From the IMG/VR virus record IMGVR_UViG_3300043443_000309: a stretch of DNA of 64,000 bases; one strand, written 5' to 3'. The notes beneath the pieces were generated by a model. It was not told where the DNA came from, did no database searches, and was given only the letters and a program-made list of their open reading frames with translations. Numbering within the stretch: position 1 is the stretch's first letter; the number at the start of each line of letters is the position of its first letter. This document shows, one piece after another, positions 54,466 to 64,000 of the stretch. The translations under genes were made by a program, and so were the position numbers. Source of the stretch: an uncultured virus (IMG/VR IMGVR_UViG_3300043443_000309) (lineage: Duplodnaviria > Heunggongvirae > Uroviricota > Caudoviricetes).

Positions 54466-57400
54466 ATGAGCATCAAAGATTTATTTGGACTAGAAAAGAA
54501 GTACACAGTTCCGGTTTCTGATAAAATAAGCAGTGATGTTTATTTGTACGCAGAATCCTATGATAACATTATAGCCAAATACAATGCTGTAGAAAGGTTC
54601 GTACCTTTAGTAGACTTTTCTGATCCAAAGAACTTTGTCAAATACGGTTCTGCCGAGAACTACTACTCTTCCTCTATTACGAACATCATCAATGAATTCC
54701 CATACGATGGTTCAAAGAAAGAACTAAACGAATACCTCTCCCGCTGCACTTATCTTGATCTATACATGCTCGGGAAGAGGCACCCAAGGTATAACGGGTT
54801 TGCTATTCTATCAAGCAATAACTACACGTTCTCAGGGGCACAGGTTGGCGGCTACGGCAATCCAACTAGCAAAGAGTACATCTATTTTTATGGTGGCCCA
54901 CATACCGCTTCTCAAGGTATGATCGGTGCCCCATTAGCTGATACTTTTGGTGATGCGAATAAATTTCAAACTGATGTCTATGCTACTGCTTCCGTCGCAG
55001 CAGATGGTAGAACAGGTACGAGAACAAGCAATCTACTAGTAAATCCTTCTTATGGAACTACTGTCGAATTCTGGCTGAATAAGTCTGGCTTTGCAACTGC
55101 ATCAAATGCGAAAGAAGTAGTTTTGGATTTGTGGAATTCAAACGCTTCTTCAAGTTCTGGCTACGGTAGATTGTTGTTGGGTATCACAGGCTCAGCCGAT
55201 GGACTTTCGACCTTTTACTACGAACTATCCTCTGGATCAGTATCAGCCAATGGAACTATAAGCATCAGTGGTTTTACAACTGCTAGTCTTGCAGACGGTA
55301 CTTGGAGACACTACGCCTTTAGCTTCCAAAACACAGGTAGTGATCTTGAAGTAAAAGCTTACATCAATGGAAACAGAGAATACCTCGCAACGTTGTCTGG
55401 TAAATCTATGCAAACCATTGATGGTGCAATGGTTGCTACAATTGGAGCCTTGAAGACAAGCCCATCTGGTAACACCTTCCATGGTTTGGACATGGTAGGG
55501 TACGGTAAATTGTCGGCTTCATTGGATGAGTTTAGGTTTTGGAAGTCTGTCAAAAATGAAAAAGAAATAAACTTCCAATACAAGTATACTGTCGGTGGTG
55601 GAACAAACACAGACATTTCCAATACGGAGCTTGGTGTCTACTATAAGTTCAATGAAGGCATCACTGGTGATAGCGGCACCGACGCTATTGTTCTAGACTA
55701 TTCTGGTCGTGTGACAAATGGTATCTGGTACGGATACCCCGGCTCTTCTGCGAGGAACACCGGTTCTGCGATGGTTATTGCAGGAGCTACCGAGACAGAA
55801 TACGCGGATCCCGTAGTCAGATCTAATCATCCAAGCGTTGTATCGCTTTATTCTGAGCTTATCGCTTCGGGTAGCGAATACGATTTGTCAAACAATGCTT
55901 CCTTGTATTACTCGATGCCCTCTTGGATTTTGGAAGAGGACAGGCCAGAAGATGGCTCGCAAGGTGGAGAACTATTCAATCTAACCCAAATAATGTCTTA
56001 TCAACTAGACGAATTGTATTTGGGAGCGCAAAACCTAAACAAACTCAAGCATAAGGAATACTTAAGCTCTAGCTACGATAGACCTTTGCCATTTGCTGAG
56101 TATCAACTAGCAAACCAAGGCTTTGTTACACCAAACATCTTTGAAAATGCAAAACTGTACGAAAAGATTTTTGATGTTGATTACACAAATGCTTTCGAGC
56201 AAAACCTAGAAGAAGTAAAGAACAACATCTATCAAAATGTTTATAACAATTTGGTGTTTATCTACAAGTCAAAAGGCACAGATAAGTCCTTCAGAAACCT
56301 TATAAGAAATTATGGTATTGGTGAAGATGTAGTAAATGTGTCCGTTTATCCAAACAATACAAGATACAAGTACGATAATAGATACGATTTTACAGCTATT
56401 GGTAAGAAATTTGCTAATTTCCACGACCCCGACAACTTCAATGCCTCAGTGTACCATGTGACAGGAACTAATTCGTTTATCTCTGGTAGCACTATCAACC
56501 AAGACTTGAAGGAGTTTGGGTTCACAACAGAAGTAGAGGTAATCTTCCCCAAGAAGCCAACAACAAGTGAAGCAGGATTTTTCAATACTTCGTTTGTCAC
56601 TTCATCTATTGCTGGCTTCCACTTGGCTAACACAGCTAGCACAAGTGACTTTACCTTCCAAAATCCTGATACTACTTTGCGTCTATACAGCATCAGAGTT
56701 TCAGAAGAATCACCAAATGTCTATTTCTTACTCACCGGTTCGATAAACGGCACAACCAACGTTAGCTTGACAAGTAGTGTATTCTACTCGGTTTATGATA
56801 ACAAAAAATGGAATTTTGCAGTCATACTGTCACCAGACAAGGCACTTCACTATGAGGGAATTACCGGAAGTGTAAGCTCTTCGTATACTTTGGCCTTCTA
56901 TGGTGTAAACAAAGAACTAGACATTGTACTTGATTCATTCTACATTACCTCTTCGCTTGGTAATACTACCGGAAGTTTGCTAGCTTCTTCTCCAAAGAGA
57001 TACTATCTCGGTGCTAGAGGAAATAACATTTCTGGCAGTGTTATTGACCGTACTGACTTGAGAATTGGTGGACTAAGACACTGGATTTTGCCCTTAGACA
57101 CTAGCTCTATCGACAATCACGCCCAAAATCCTTTGAACTATGGCGTGGAAAACGTAGCAAGAAATGCATTCCTAAACCAAAATGTTGTAAGTGGTACCTA
57201 CGTCCCCGAAATCGCTACCTTGGCGCTACACTGGGACTTCTCAAACGTCACAGGCTCAGATGCAGGAGGGGAGTACGAAGTATTCGACATTAGCTCTGGC
57301 TCCTTCAACAGCACTTTGTTCGGGAAGATCTCAGCAGTTACTGATAGAATTTACAACGCAAAGGGCTATAATTTCCCTACGTCAAGCTCAGAAGTCATAA

Positions 57401-60400
57401 CTAAAGAATTCATTAGCTTTGCAGAAACTGGAATTCCTGATGAAATCAATAGCTACGATCTAATCAAAACACCTGATACAGATGATGAAGTGTTTACAAA
57501 GGAAATACTTCCTATAAATTACTATTTCTCCTTTGAGAAAAGTCCATTCCGCAATGTCTCTAAAGACATGGTTCAAATGTTCTCTTCTCTTAAGGACTTC
57601 AACAATTTGTACCATCAACCGGTGCAGAGATACAGAGAAGAGCACAAAGAACTAAGACAGCTTAGAGAGCTATACTTTAGCAAAGTGTCGAATAGAATAG
57701 ACATCGACAAATTCTTCAACTACTATCGTTGGATTGACCATTCACTTTCTGAGATGTTGAGACAACTTGTACCTATCACTGCCGATGCCGGGGATAGAGT
57801 TACGAATGTCATTGAAAGTCATGTTCTTGAGAGAAATCATTACAAGTACAATTACCCTATTCTTGAGTACAAGACAAGAAACTACGAAGGTCATGTATTC
57901 GGAATTTCAGAGATGTTGTACCCATGGAATCGTGGTAATCATCCGATTTCTAATGTAGAAAATGAGAATTGCTATTGGTGGAACCGCCGTGCAGAACGTA
58001 ACGGAGCAGTTATCACATCTGGCAACTCAACAGTTGACGAACAAAGAGAAATAATTCGTAGAACTGTCACAACCCACACTTCTGGATCCGGCGCACTTCT
58101 AGCCAAACCAGACGGTACTGCTTATTATGGTTCTGACTATGCAGTACGCAGATTTACAAAACTGTACAATTTCGACATGTCTTTGGATTCGAAGTTCTAC
58201 CAAGTCGTTGAACAAGTCCTGTTTGTTGGTCTAAACGCTCCCAAAGGCTTCGTAACAAAGGTCTGGAAGTCTATTGTCGCCAAGCTAGCTAGTGAAACGC
58301 TAGTATTAGACAACTTCGAAGAACAAGAAGACTGTAAGGACATCAGCACAATAAGTCTACTTGAGCCAGCTAAGATCCCGCTTGAACTAACTAAAGTTCG
58401 TATGAAGTTCCGTGCCACATTCGGCTCAACACAAATTGGCGCATACGCAGTACTTCCATTTACATTCATGAGTGCTTCTGCTGGTGTTCCAAATACTGGT
58501 TACCAAGCACAATTGACCTCTGGCTTTGGAACTTCAAAGAGGTTTGACATTATTGGACATCACTCAGATGTCTACGACATGGACTTCGAAATTCCAGTAC
58601 AAGGTCCGTTTACCGAGAAATACGTTGGTGGTCATTCGCACCGCCATGTTGACGTAAACAGATACGATGCTGCTAAAACCGGCACAAACAACGTAGACGA
58701 TGCCAACAACAGGCCAGAAGCTTATGATTTGAACTTGTCTTCGAATACGATAACAATAACTAATCGTAGCATTACTAAGCCAAGAACAACAGTAGCCAGA
58801 GATGGAATGGCTAAGAGACCTCTAAACGTAGCAAACATCGCTCATTCCACAGGTAGCTTAAGCACAGTTCTTGGAAACTTCAACTCCGCACTGGAAGTTG
58901 TATCAACTACCGGTCGTTCTGAGAACGATTTGTCTTTCAATGATACACCATTTAGTGGTTCTGCAACCGGCTCTCTAGCTGTTAGCGGCACATCAGAGTA
59001 CACAAAGCTAGCTCGTACAACAAACAAAAACGTTATTGTTCAACGCTTCTCAGCCCCCGGTGATCCAGCAACCATGGGCGACAACCTTGGTGGTCCCGGA
59101 CTTGATGCTGCCCACTCTGAATACAGTGCTTATAACGCCCTACCGTTCCGAAACCTATCAGTCAGGATACCACTAAGGACATTCCTAAGTACTCGTTCTG
59201 AAATTGCTGGCTTGACAAGTGGTTCTACACCAGTAGCGGCAGATTACAGCGGTACAGGCTCTTTCCACGGCGTCTATAGGAATAAGCTTGGAAAGCTCGG
59301 ACAGACAGACGCTGCATACTTCAGTTCTTCAACTTCCGATAACTACTTTGTTCAGTATCAAATTCCTAGAAATGATTTACATTATTCATGGATTACTGGT
59401 GCTGCTGTAACCTACAACTCGTTTACAGTTACAACTGCTGGTGATGTCCCATCAGGTTTCGTTGCACCAGACGGTGAATACTCTTCATCTGCTGGAGTAA
59501 ACCCTGCAATTACTTTCGTTACTGCATCCTCTATTGTAAGCTACGCCACTTCTTCAAATGGAGCAAACGTCTTTGGATTTGTTGACGGCGTAACATCTGG
59601 CTATTCAGTTGTCGCAAATTCACAACTAAGAACAGGTTTCAATGGCATGACTACTAACATAGTGGATCCATTCGACCTAGATACAATGACACTTGGATTA
59701 AGCCCCACAGCTAGCGTTAGCGGGTACATTAACCCTTCTTTGGTTTCATCTTCGATAAACACCAATAATGCTTATGCATTGAACTCTATCATCGCAACTC
59801 GCGGTGGTAAATTTGCTAAGTCTAGCTGGTCGCAAGTTCGTCATACAGATAAGAAGTACATCAGGAAATTGAAGTCTACCAATACGATCTCACATACAGT
59901 AGACGATGTGGATCTGGTTACAACAGTTATCGGCACCGGTATCGGCTCTAACATTATCAAGAAGCTTCCAAGAACTTATACGTTCGTAGAGCCAAGCGTT
60001 GAACTGGACAATAGACCGTTCTCTATGCTGTTTGGGGTACCGAATTCAACTGCAAACATAATTGCTAATCTATCGGTCAATAACGAAGTAACACACTTTA
60101 CAAACGAACAACTCAACTCACTCCTCAACATCAGGAACATCAATAGAGATAAAGTAAATCAGATAAAAGCTTTTATCACAAACAATACCAAACTATCCTT
60201 GAATAGTATTCTACTTGCAGATACAGTTTATCCAAAAGCTGTCTATCAAACCCTGAACATAGTGAGAGAAAGAACCAATTTCGATAACAACTTCTGGCGC
60301 GATGCTAGATCAGATAGAAATGCCAAAGGTTATGCTGCCAAGAAGGCCATGGTAACCAACGGAGCTTTGACTGCTATTAGCCAGAGTGCTTGGGCTTTGG

Positions 60401-63400
60401 ATGCTTCCACAAACTTTGAGACAGTAGCAAGCCTAACCTTCGGTGTTACTAACTCCCAAGGCGCAGACTACAAGGAAGGTATCCTACAAAACAATTATGT
60501 CATGGTCCATACCGGTACGACTGCTTCCAAGGCGGCTCTTAGACTTGCTCCTCTCTACTCAAGAAAGCATTTCTTAGGCTCTGCTTACTCGTTCACACCA
60601 TCTATTTCTGTTACAAATGCAACAACTGGTGCGCTCGGCTCGCTCGGTACATTCCCTGTCGCTTATCCGCTAGGCAATGCTACCATCTTTGGCGGCAATA
60701 CTAAATGGCAGACAGGTGAAAAAGCAGGTTACTACAATTCAGATGGTGTCTTCGTGTCACAGTCTGGTAGTCCTTTCTATGACACTTATGCTTCTTTCGC
60801 AGAAGAATTAAGACCACATAACCAAGCTTACTCTATCTTGCCTGAGTTTAGAATTTCGAACTTCATGGAATACTATGTCAAGAGCAGACAAGGTAACTTC
60901 TTAGCGGATAATACTGGCTCGTTTGACATCTTTGGCATGTGTGCGCTAACAGCAAGTGCTACAGTAGCATCAAGCAGTTCGGATACTGATTTCTATCAAG
61001 TATACGCCACCTCGGATCTGTTTGAAAATCTAGAAGAAACCCTAAACGAACTAGATGGCACACTACGCCCAGAAGCAATAAAGCTAAAGTTCAAAGCTAT
61101 CAAGAAGTTCGTGCCATACAACGGGTTCTACCCATCTGAAAGAACAGTTGACCTTGCATTCCAGTTCTCAAGATCCTATGGTGCGTTCATTGAAACAAGA
61201 GGTAGTGATACTGGTAGTTTGACAGCCGGTGCAGATAACATCAAGCTACGTCCAATGTACGCTCCTTTGTTCGCTCCCGGTATCTTGTACAATTCTATAA
61301 AGTCTGGTATTGCCGTTGATTACCCAATCTATACCGCATCCTTCACTACAATACAAATGCAGAATGCTTCGTTGAGTGGTGGCCCAATCGCTTCGGAAAG
61401 TGTAATCAGTACTGGAAGCTTAACAGAATACTATGTACTCGGCACTGGCTCAAAGGGCACATCCGGCTTCGACTACAGAGTTCCATTTGAGGCTATCTAT
61501 GATCCAAAGTCTTATTTGAAGGGAGTAAGGTTCTTGGACATGGAACCGCATCCAAGTGCTTCACTAAACATCAGTGCTAGCTGGGATGGTAATGGCGATG
61601 ACCTTTACGAATTGATGTCAAATAACTTCTTAGCAGAAGTGGTTGATTTCTATCTCGATAAAGGTGAAATGAGCAGTCTGGTTTCCGATCCACAATCAAG
61701 CTTCAGTGGGTTCAAGCCCAATACGTTCTATAACATGCGCGTCCGACTTCGCAGAAGCACAAACATACCAAGACGCTTTACCGATGGGTACCCTACTCCA
61801 CATAACTCTTATGCCCAAACTGACTTGAAAGAAAGCTTAACAATGTACTCTAGACCTTCTGCTTTCGGTCCTCCAATGGGCGCAAGAAAGTGGATTGATT
61901 CTAGCTCATACACTTCGTCGGCTAGACCAGACAGCTTATTTGCATACGATCTAGGATTTACACCACCATACTATGATGGTGAATCTTGGGCAGATGTTGT
62001 ATTCCAAGCTACTAGTGAAACTCATACACTCGATGACATTTTTGGTAGCAGCCAAGTAGTTTGCTGGAGAGTTGATTCGGGTTCTGATTGGGTTAGAGGA
62101 AGTCTGTACGATAACTATCCGTATGGTGAATACGCTAATAACTTTGCAATGCAACTCACCTCTTCGATCAATTTGTTCGCAAAAGTACCAGTAAAGTCAG
62201 TAGAGTTTGACGCCAACGGAAATCCAACAGCTATCAAGGAAGATAAGTCCTCCAACGATCACATCTGGGTTATTCAGCCTAAGTTTGAAACACCTGTTCT
62301 AAACTTTACCGATAGTATTAGTTCTTCGTCTTTGAGCTTGCCGACAGTTGCATCCGAATCCGTTGCTGTAGGCATGTGGCATCAATTCGGTGTTGTACCA
62401 GATTCGCCTGATAAGGGTATCTTCTTAGAGGTTTCACCAATCGAAGATGCATGGATAAACAACCGTTTGAAGGCTTCGATGCCCACAGCTATCAAGAATG
62501 TCTACGGTGCAACTTCTAGCATGGCTTCGTTGCTAGACATCGTGAACTTCCGCAAGAGATCAACTAGGGTTGGAGACATAGGCAAGTCTAAGACAGTTTA
62601 TGAAGCCGTAGTAGCAGTGCCATTTGTCGAGAGCCAAGGCAAGAGGAAGTTCTTCGAACTAAATCGTGACGTAGCAGTACAGGCCAGAAGAATGGCAGTC
62701 AATCCAAGCTATGTCCCAGAAGCATCCCTTGTTCCCGGACAATCACTTATTGACTTGTACAAAAAGATGAATAAGTATGTTTTCCCACCAACATTTGATT
62801 ACTACAACTACGAAGAAAATGATCTAAACTACGCTCCAATTTCGATGTATGTATTTGAATTCTCGCACACTTTCGATCAAAACGATCTTGTAAGAATGTG
62901 GCAGAACCTACCACCAGAAATCGGTACAACAACAGAGTTTGCAGAAGCTTCGATTACTCACGCCCTTAGCGCCTATGAAATTCTCGATGCTTTCAGAGCT
63001 ACTGGTGGTAATACAAATGCAAACCTAAAGTGGCTAGTGTTCAAGGTGAAGCAACGCGCCAAAACAAACTTCGAAGACAAGCAACTTGGCAAACGTTCAA
63101 ATGCTGATCCAAGATTTACCTCTTATAGAACACAAGTTGGCAATAGATCTAACGCAATTCAGGAAAAGTATTCATACAACTGGCCTTATGATAACTTCTC
63201 ACTAGTTGAATTTGGCAAGATGGACTTTGAAGTTATCGCAAAACCAATAGTTGCTCCCGGTGGCGCTATCGGACAGCAAGTGGGGATTAGCGGTACTGGA
63301 ATAAATACCAACATTTCTACCACCACAACTGGTGTTCCTACCGCACCAGCAGTCAACCCGAACCTAAGCCCAACTTCCGCACAAGTATCTTCTATCGTAC

Positions 63401-63480
63401 AGACACCACCCTCTGCACAAACGGTAGGTCAATCTACACAGCCAAGCATTCAGTTAGTTCCAAAGACTAGGACCAGATAA
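54466..63480 (+). CDS. giant baseplate/tail protein with LamG-like domains (3004 aa)
   Basis: TVEFW, WRHYAF, LDEFRFW, YYKFNEG; IYKSKGT (gp7-like wedge motif). Confidence 0.8.
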   Translation: MSIKDLFGLEKKYTVPVSDKISSDVYLYAESYDNIIAKYNAVERFVPLVDFSDPKNFVKYGSAENYYSSSITNIINEFPYDGSKKELNEYLSRCTYLDLYMLGKRHPRYNGFAILSSNNYTFSGAQVGGYGNPTSKEYIYFYGGPHTASQGMIGAPLADTFGDANKFQTDVYATASVAADGRTGTRTSNLLVNPSYGTTVEFWLNKSGFATASNAKEVVLDLWNSNASSSSGYGRLLLGITGSADGLSTFYYELSSGSVSANGTISISGFTTASLADGTWRHYAFSFQNTGSDLEVKAYINGNREYLATLSGKSMQTIDGAMVATIGALKTSPSGNTFHGLDMVGYGKLSASLDEFRFWKSVKNEKEINFQYKYTVGGGTNTDISNTELGVYYKFNEGITGDSGTDAIVLDYSGRVTNGIWYGYPGSSARNTGSAMVIAGATETEYADPVVRSNHPSVVSLYSELIASGSEYDLSNNASLYYSMPSWILEEDRPEDGSQGGELFNLTQIMSYQLDELYLGAQNLNKLKHKEYLSSSYDRPLPFAEYQLANQGFVTPNIFENAKLYEKIFDVDYTNAFEQNLEEVKNNIYQNVYNNLVFIYKSKGTDKSFRNLIRNYGIGEDVVNVSVYPNNTRYKYDNRYDFTAIGKKFANFHDPDNFNASVYHVTGTNSFISGSTINQDLKEFGFTTEVEVIFPKKPTTSEAGFFNTSFVTSSIAGFHLANTASTSDFTFQNPDTTLRLYSIRVSEESPNVYFLLTGSINGTTNVSLTSSVFYSVYDNKKWNFAVILSPDKALHYEGITGSVSSSYTLAFYGVNKELDIVLDSFYITSSLGNTTGSLLASSPKRYYLGARGNNISGSVIDRTDLRIGGLRHWILPLDTSSIDNHAQNPLNYGVENVARNAFLNQNVVSGTYVPEIATLALHWDFSNVTGSDAGGEYEVFDISSGSFNSTLFGKISAVTDRIYNAKGYNFPTSSSEVITKEFISFAETGIPDEINSYDLIKTPDTDDEVFTKEILPINYYFSFEKSPFRNVSKDMVQMFSSLKDFNNLYHQPVQRYREEHKELRQLRELYFSKVSNRIDIDKFFNYYRWIDHSLSEMLRQLVPITADAGDRVTNVIESHVLERNHYKYNYPILEYKTRNYEGHVFGISEMLYPWNRGNHPISNVENENCYWWNRRAERNGAVITSGNSTVDEQREIIRRTVTTHTSGSGALLAKPDGTAYYGSDYAVRRFTKLYNFDMSLDSKFYQVVEQVLFVGLNAPKGFVTKVWKSIVAKLASETLVLDNFEEQEDCKDISTISLLEPAKIPLELTKVRMKFRATFGSTQIGAYAVLPFTFMSASAGVPNTGYQAQLTSGFGTSKRFDIIGHHSDVYDMDFEIPVQGPFTEKYVGGHSHRHVDVNRYDAAKTGTNNVDDANNRPEAYDLNLSSNTITITNRSITKPRTTVARDGMAKRPLNVANIAHSTGSLSTVLGNFNSALEVVSTTGRSENDLSFNDTPFSGSATGSLAVSGTSEYTKLARTTNKNVIVQRFSAPGDPATMGDNLGGPGLDAAHSEYSAYNALPFRNLSVRIPLRTFLSTRSEIAGLTSGSTPVAADYSGTGSFHGVYRNKLGKLGQTDAAYFSSSTSDNYFVQYQIPRNDLHYSWITGAAVTYNSFTVTTAGDVPSGFVAPDGEYSSSAGVNPAITFVTASSIVSYATSSNGANVFGFVDGVTSGYSVVANSQLRTGFNGMTTNIVDPFDLDTMTLGLSPTASVSGYINPSLVSSSINTNNAYALNSIIATRGGKFAKSSWSQVRHTDKKYIRKLKSTNTISHTVDDVDLVTTVIGTGIGSNIIKKLPRTYTFVEPSVELDNRPFSMLFGVPNSTANIIANLSVNNEVTHFTNEQLNSLLNIRNINRDKVNQIKAFITNNTKLSLNSILLADTVYPKAVYQTLNIVRERTNFDNNFWRDARSDRNAKGYAAKKAMVTNGALTAISQSAWALDASTNFETVASLTFGVTNSQGADYKEGILQNNYVMVHTGTTASKAALRLAPLYSRKHFLGSAYSFTPSISVTNATTGALGSLGTFPVAYPLGNATIFGGNTKWQTGEKAGYYNSDGVFVSQSGSPFYDTYASFAEELRPHNQAYSILPEFRISNFMEYYVKSRQGNFLADNTGSFDIFGMCALTASATVASSSSDTDFYQVYATSDLFENLEETLNELDGTLRPEAIKLKFKAIKKFVPYNGFYPSERTVDLAFQFSRSYGAFIETRGSDTGSLTAGADNIKLRPMYAPLFAPGILYNSIKSGIAVDYPIYTASFTTIQMQNASLSGGPIASESVISTGSLTEYYVLGTGSKGTSGFDYRVPFEAIYDPKSYLKGVRFLDMEPHPSASLNISASWDGNGDDLYELMSNNFLAEVVDFYLDKGEMSSLVSDPQSSFSGFKPNTFYNMRVRLRRSTNIPRRFTDGYPTPHNSYAQTDLKESLTMYSRPSAFGPPMGARKWIDSSSYTSSARPDSLFAYDLGFTPPYYDGESWADVVFQATSETHTLDDIFGSSQVVCWRVDSGSDWVRGSLYDNYPYGEYANNFAMQLTSSINLFAKVPVKSVEFDANGNPTAIKEDKSSNDHIWVIQPKFETPVLNFTDSISSSSLSLPTVASESVAVGMWHQFGVVPDSPDKGIFLEVSPIEDAWINNRLKASMPTAIKNVYGATSSMASLLDIVNFRKRSTRVGDIGKSKTVYEAVVAVPFVESQGKRKFFELNRDVAVQARRMAVNPSYVPEASLVPGQSLIDLYKKMNKYVFPPTFDYYNYEENDLNYAPISMYVFEFSHTFDQNDLVRMWQNLPPEIGTTTEFAEASITHALSAYEILDAFRATGGNTNANLKWLVFKVKQRAKTNFEDKQLGKRSNADPRFTSYRTQVGNRSNAIQEKYSYNWPYDNFSLVEFGKMDFEVIAKPIVAPGGAIGQQVGISGTGINTNISTTTTGVPTAPAVNPNLSPTSAQVSSIVQTPPSAQTVGQSTQPSIQLVPKTRTR

Positions 63481-63512
63481 TAAGTCTGGTCCCTACTTAG
63501 TATAGGTGTAAA

Positions 63513-64000
63513 ATGGCTCAGTTTTTTGACGACAAGGAAGAGGTAATAGACATTGAATTGACCGAATGGGGTAAATACCTTTACTCTATCGGGAAGTTCA
63601 AGCCAACTTATTATGCCTTTTCTGATGATGAGGTATTGTACGATAGCGCGTATGCTGGGGTATCTTCAGAAGAACAAAAAGAAATTGTTGATAGGATAAC
63701 GGATAGCACTCCGTACCTAAAACCTCATGTACGTTTTAAGGAAGCAAAGACCTATTACCAAGAATACGACTCAGCCTCTGAACCAGATGCGACCGTATTT
63801 CAAAATCCGCTTGATTCTGCTGCGCGAGTTGATACTTTACTAGAAAGCAAGATTGAACTGATAAAACAGAAAGCTGGTAGGTACTCACAATCAACAAAAG
63901 AATTAGAAAGACTTATACTCTCTAAAGTGGGGACTGTTAGGACTACCACACAGGACTACCCAGCCTTCGACGTGACCTTTCTACAAAGTAGGATTTCTTC
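63513..64000 (+). CDS. baseplate-associated protein (partial)
   Basis: MAQFFDDKEEVIDIELTEWGK...YAFSDDEVLYD; CCTACTTAG at 63492; runs off the window. Confidence 0.7.
   Translation, partial: MAQFFDDKEEVIDIELTEWGKYLYSIGKFKPTYYAFSDDEVLYDSAYAGVSSEEQKEIVDRITDSTPYLKPHVRFKEAKTYYQEYDSASEPDATVFQNPLDSAARVDTLLESKIELIKQKAGRYSQSTKELERLILSKVGTVRTTTQDYPAFDVTFLQSRIS

Noticed and set aside
1..64000. Genome-wide stop-codon reassignment
   Set aside because: Standard code 11 gives dense, long ORFs, and TAA, TAG and TGA all end genes at coupled junctions.

Overview
This 64-kb window is part of a large lytic tailed phage with a contractile tail (T4-like/jumbo myovirus type). All credible genes lie on the + strand. 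(1) 1-12.2 kb is an early/host-takeover region. It has nine near-consensus sigma70 promoters, eight of them preceded by an 11-bp-spaced TTGAC pair and most followed by a 5' hairpin, several with a UGG loop. It encodes HREDGPA-repeat proteins, zinc-knuckle and SWIM proteins, a very acidic protein, five small hydrophobic peptides, a MoxR AAA+/vWA-metallopeptidase pair, and a tandem array of 13 small 'MKxxKGDL' paralogues joined by a conserved ~40-bp junction. (2) 12.2-13.45 kb is a repeat-rich non-coding boundary with an MraZ-box-like array, gyrase-site-like repeats, AATAGCC iterons and C/A tracts. (3) 13.5-31.4 kb holds genes behind a recurring CTANTTA late-promoter motif: QLRRIIKEE proteins, HAD, amidoligase, peptidase and a ligase-like/HxGH fusion, followed by Hsp20, PhoH and a PD-(D/E)XK nuclease. 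(4) 31.4-37.3 kb is a sugar biosynthesis/glycosyltransferase cluster. (5) 38-64 kb carries a gp55-like late sigma factor and baseplate/tail genes, including 2173-aa and 3004-aa proteins. By manual reading, ATAT (and CCWGG) is almost absent from the window except in one ~500-bp island. All product calls come from motif recognition by eye; no searches were run.
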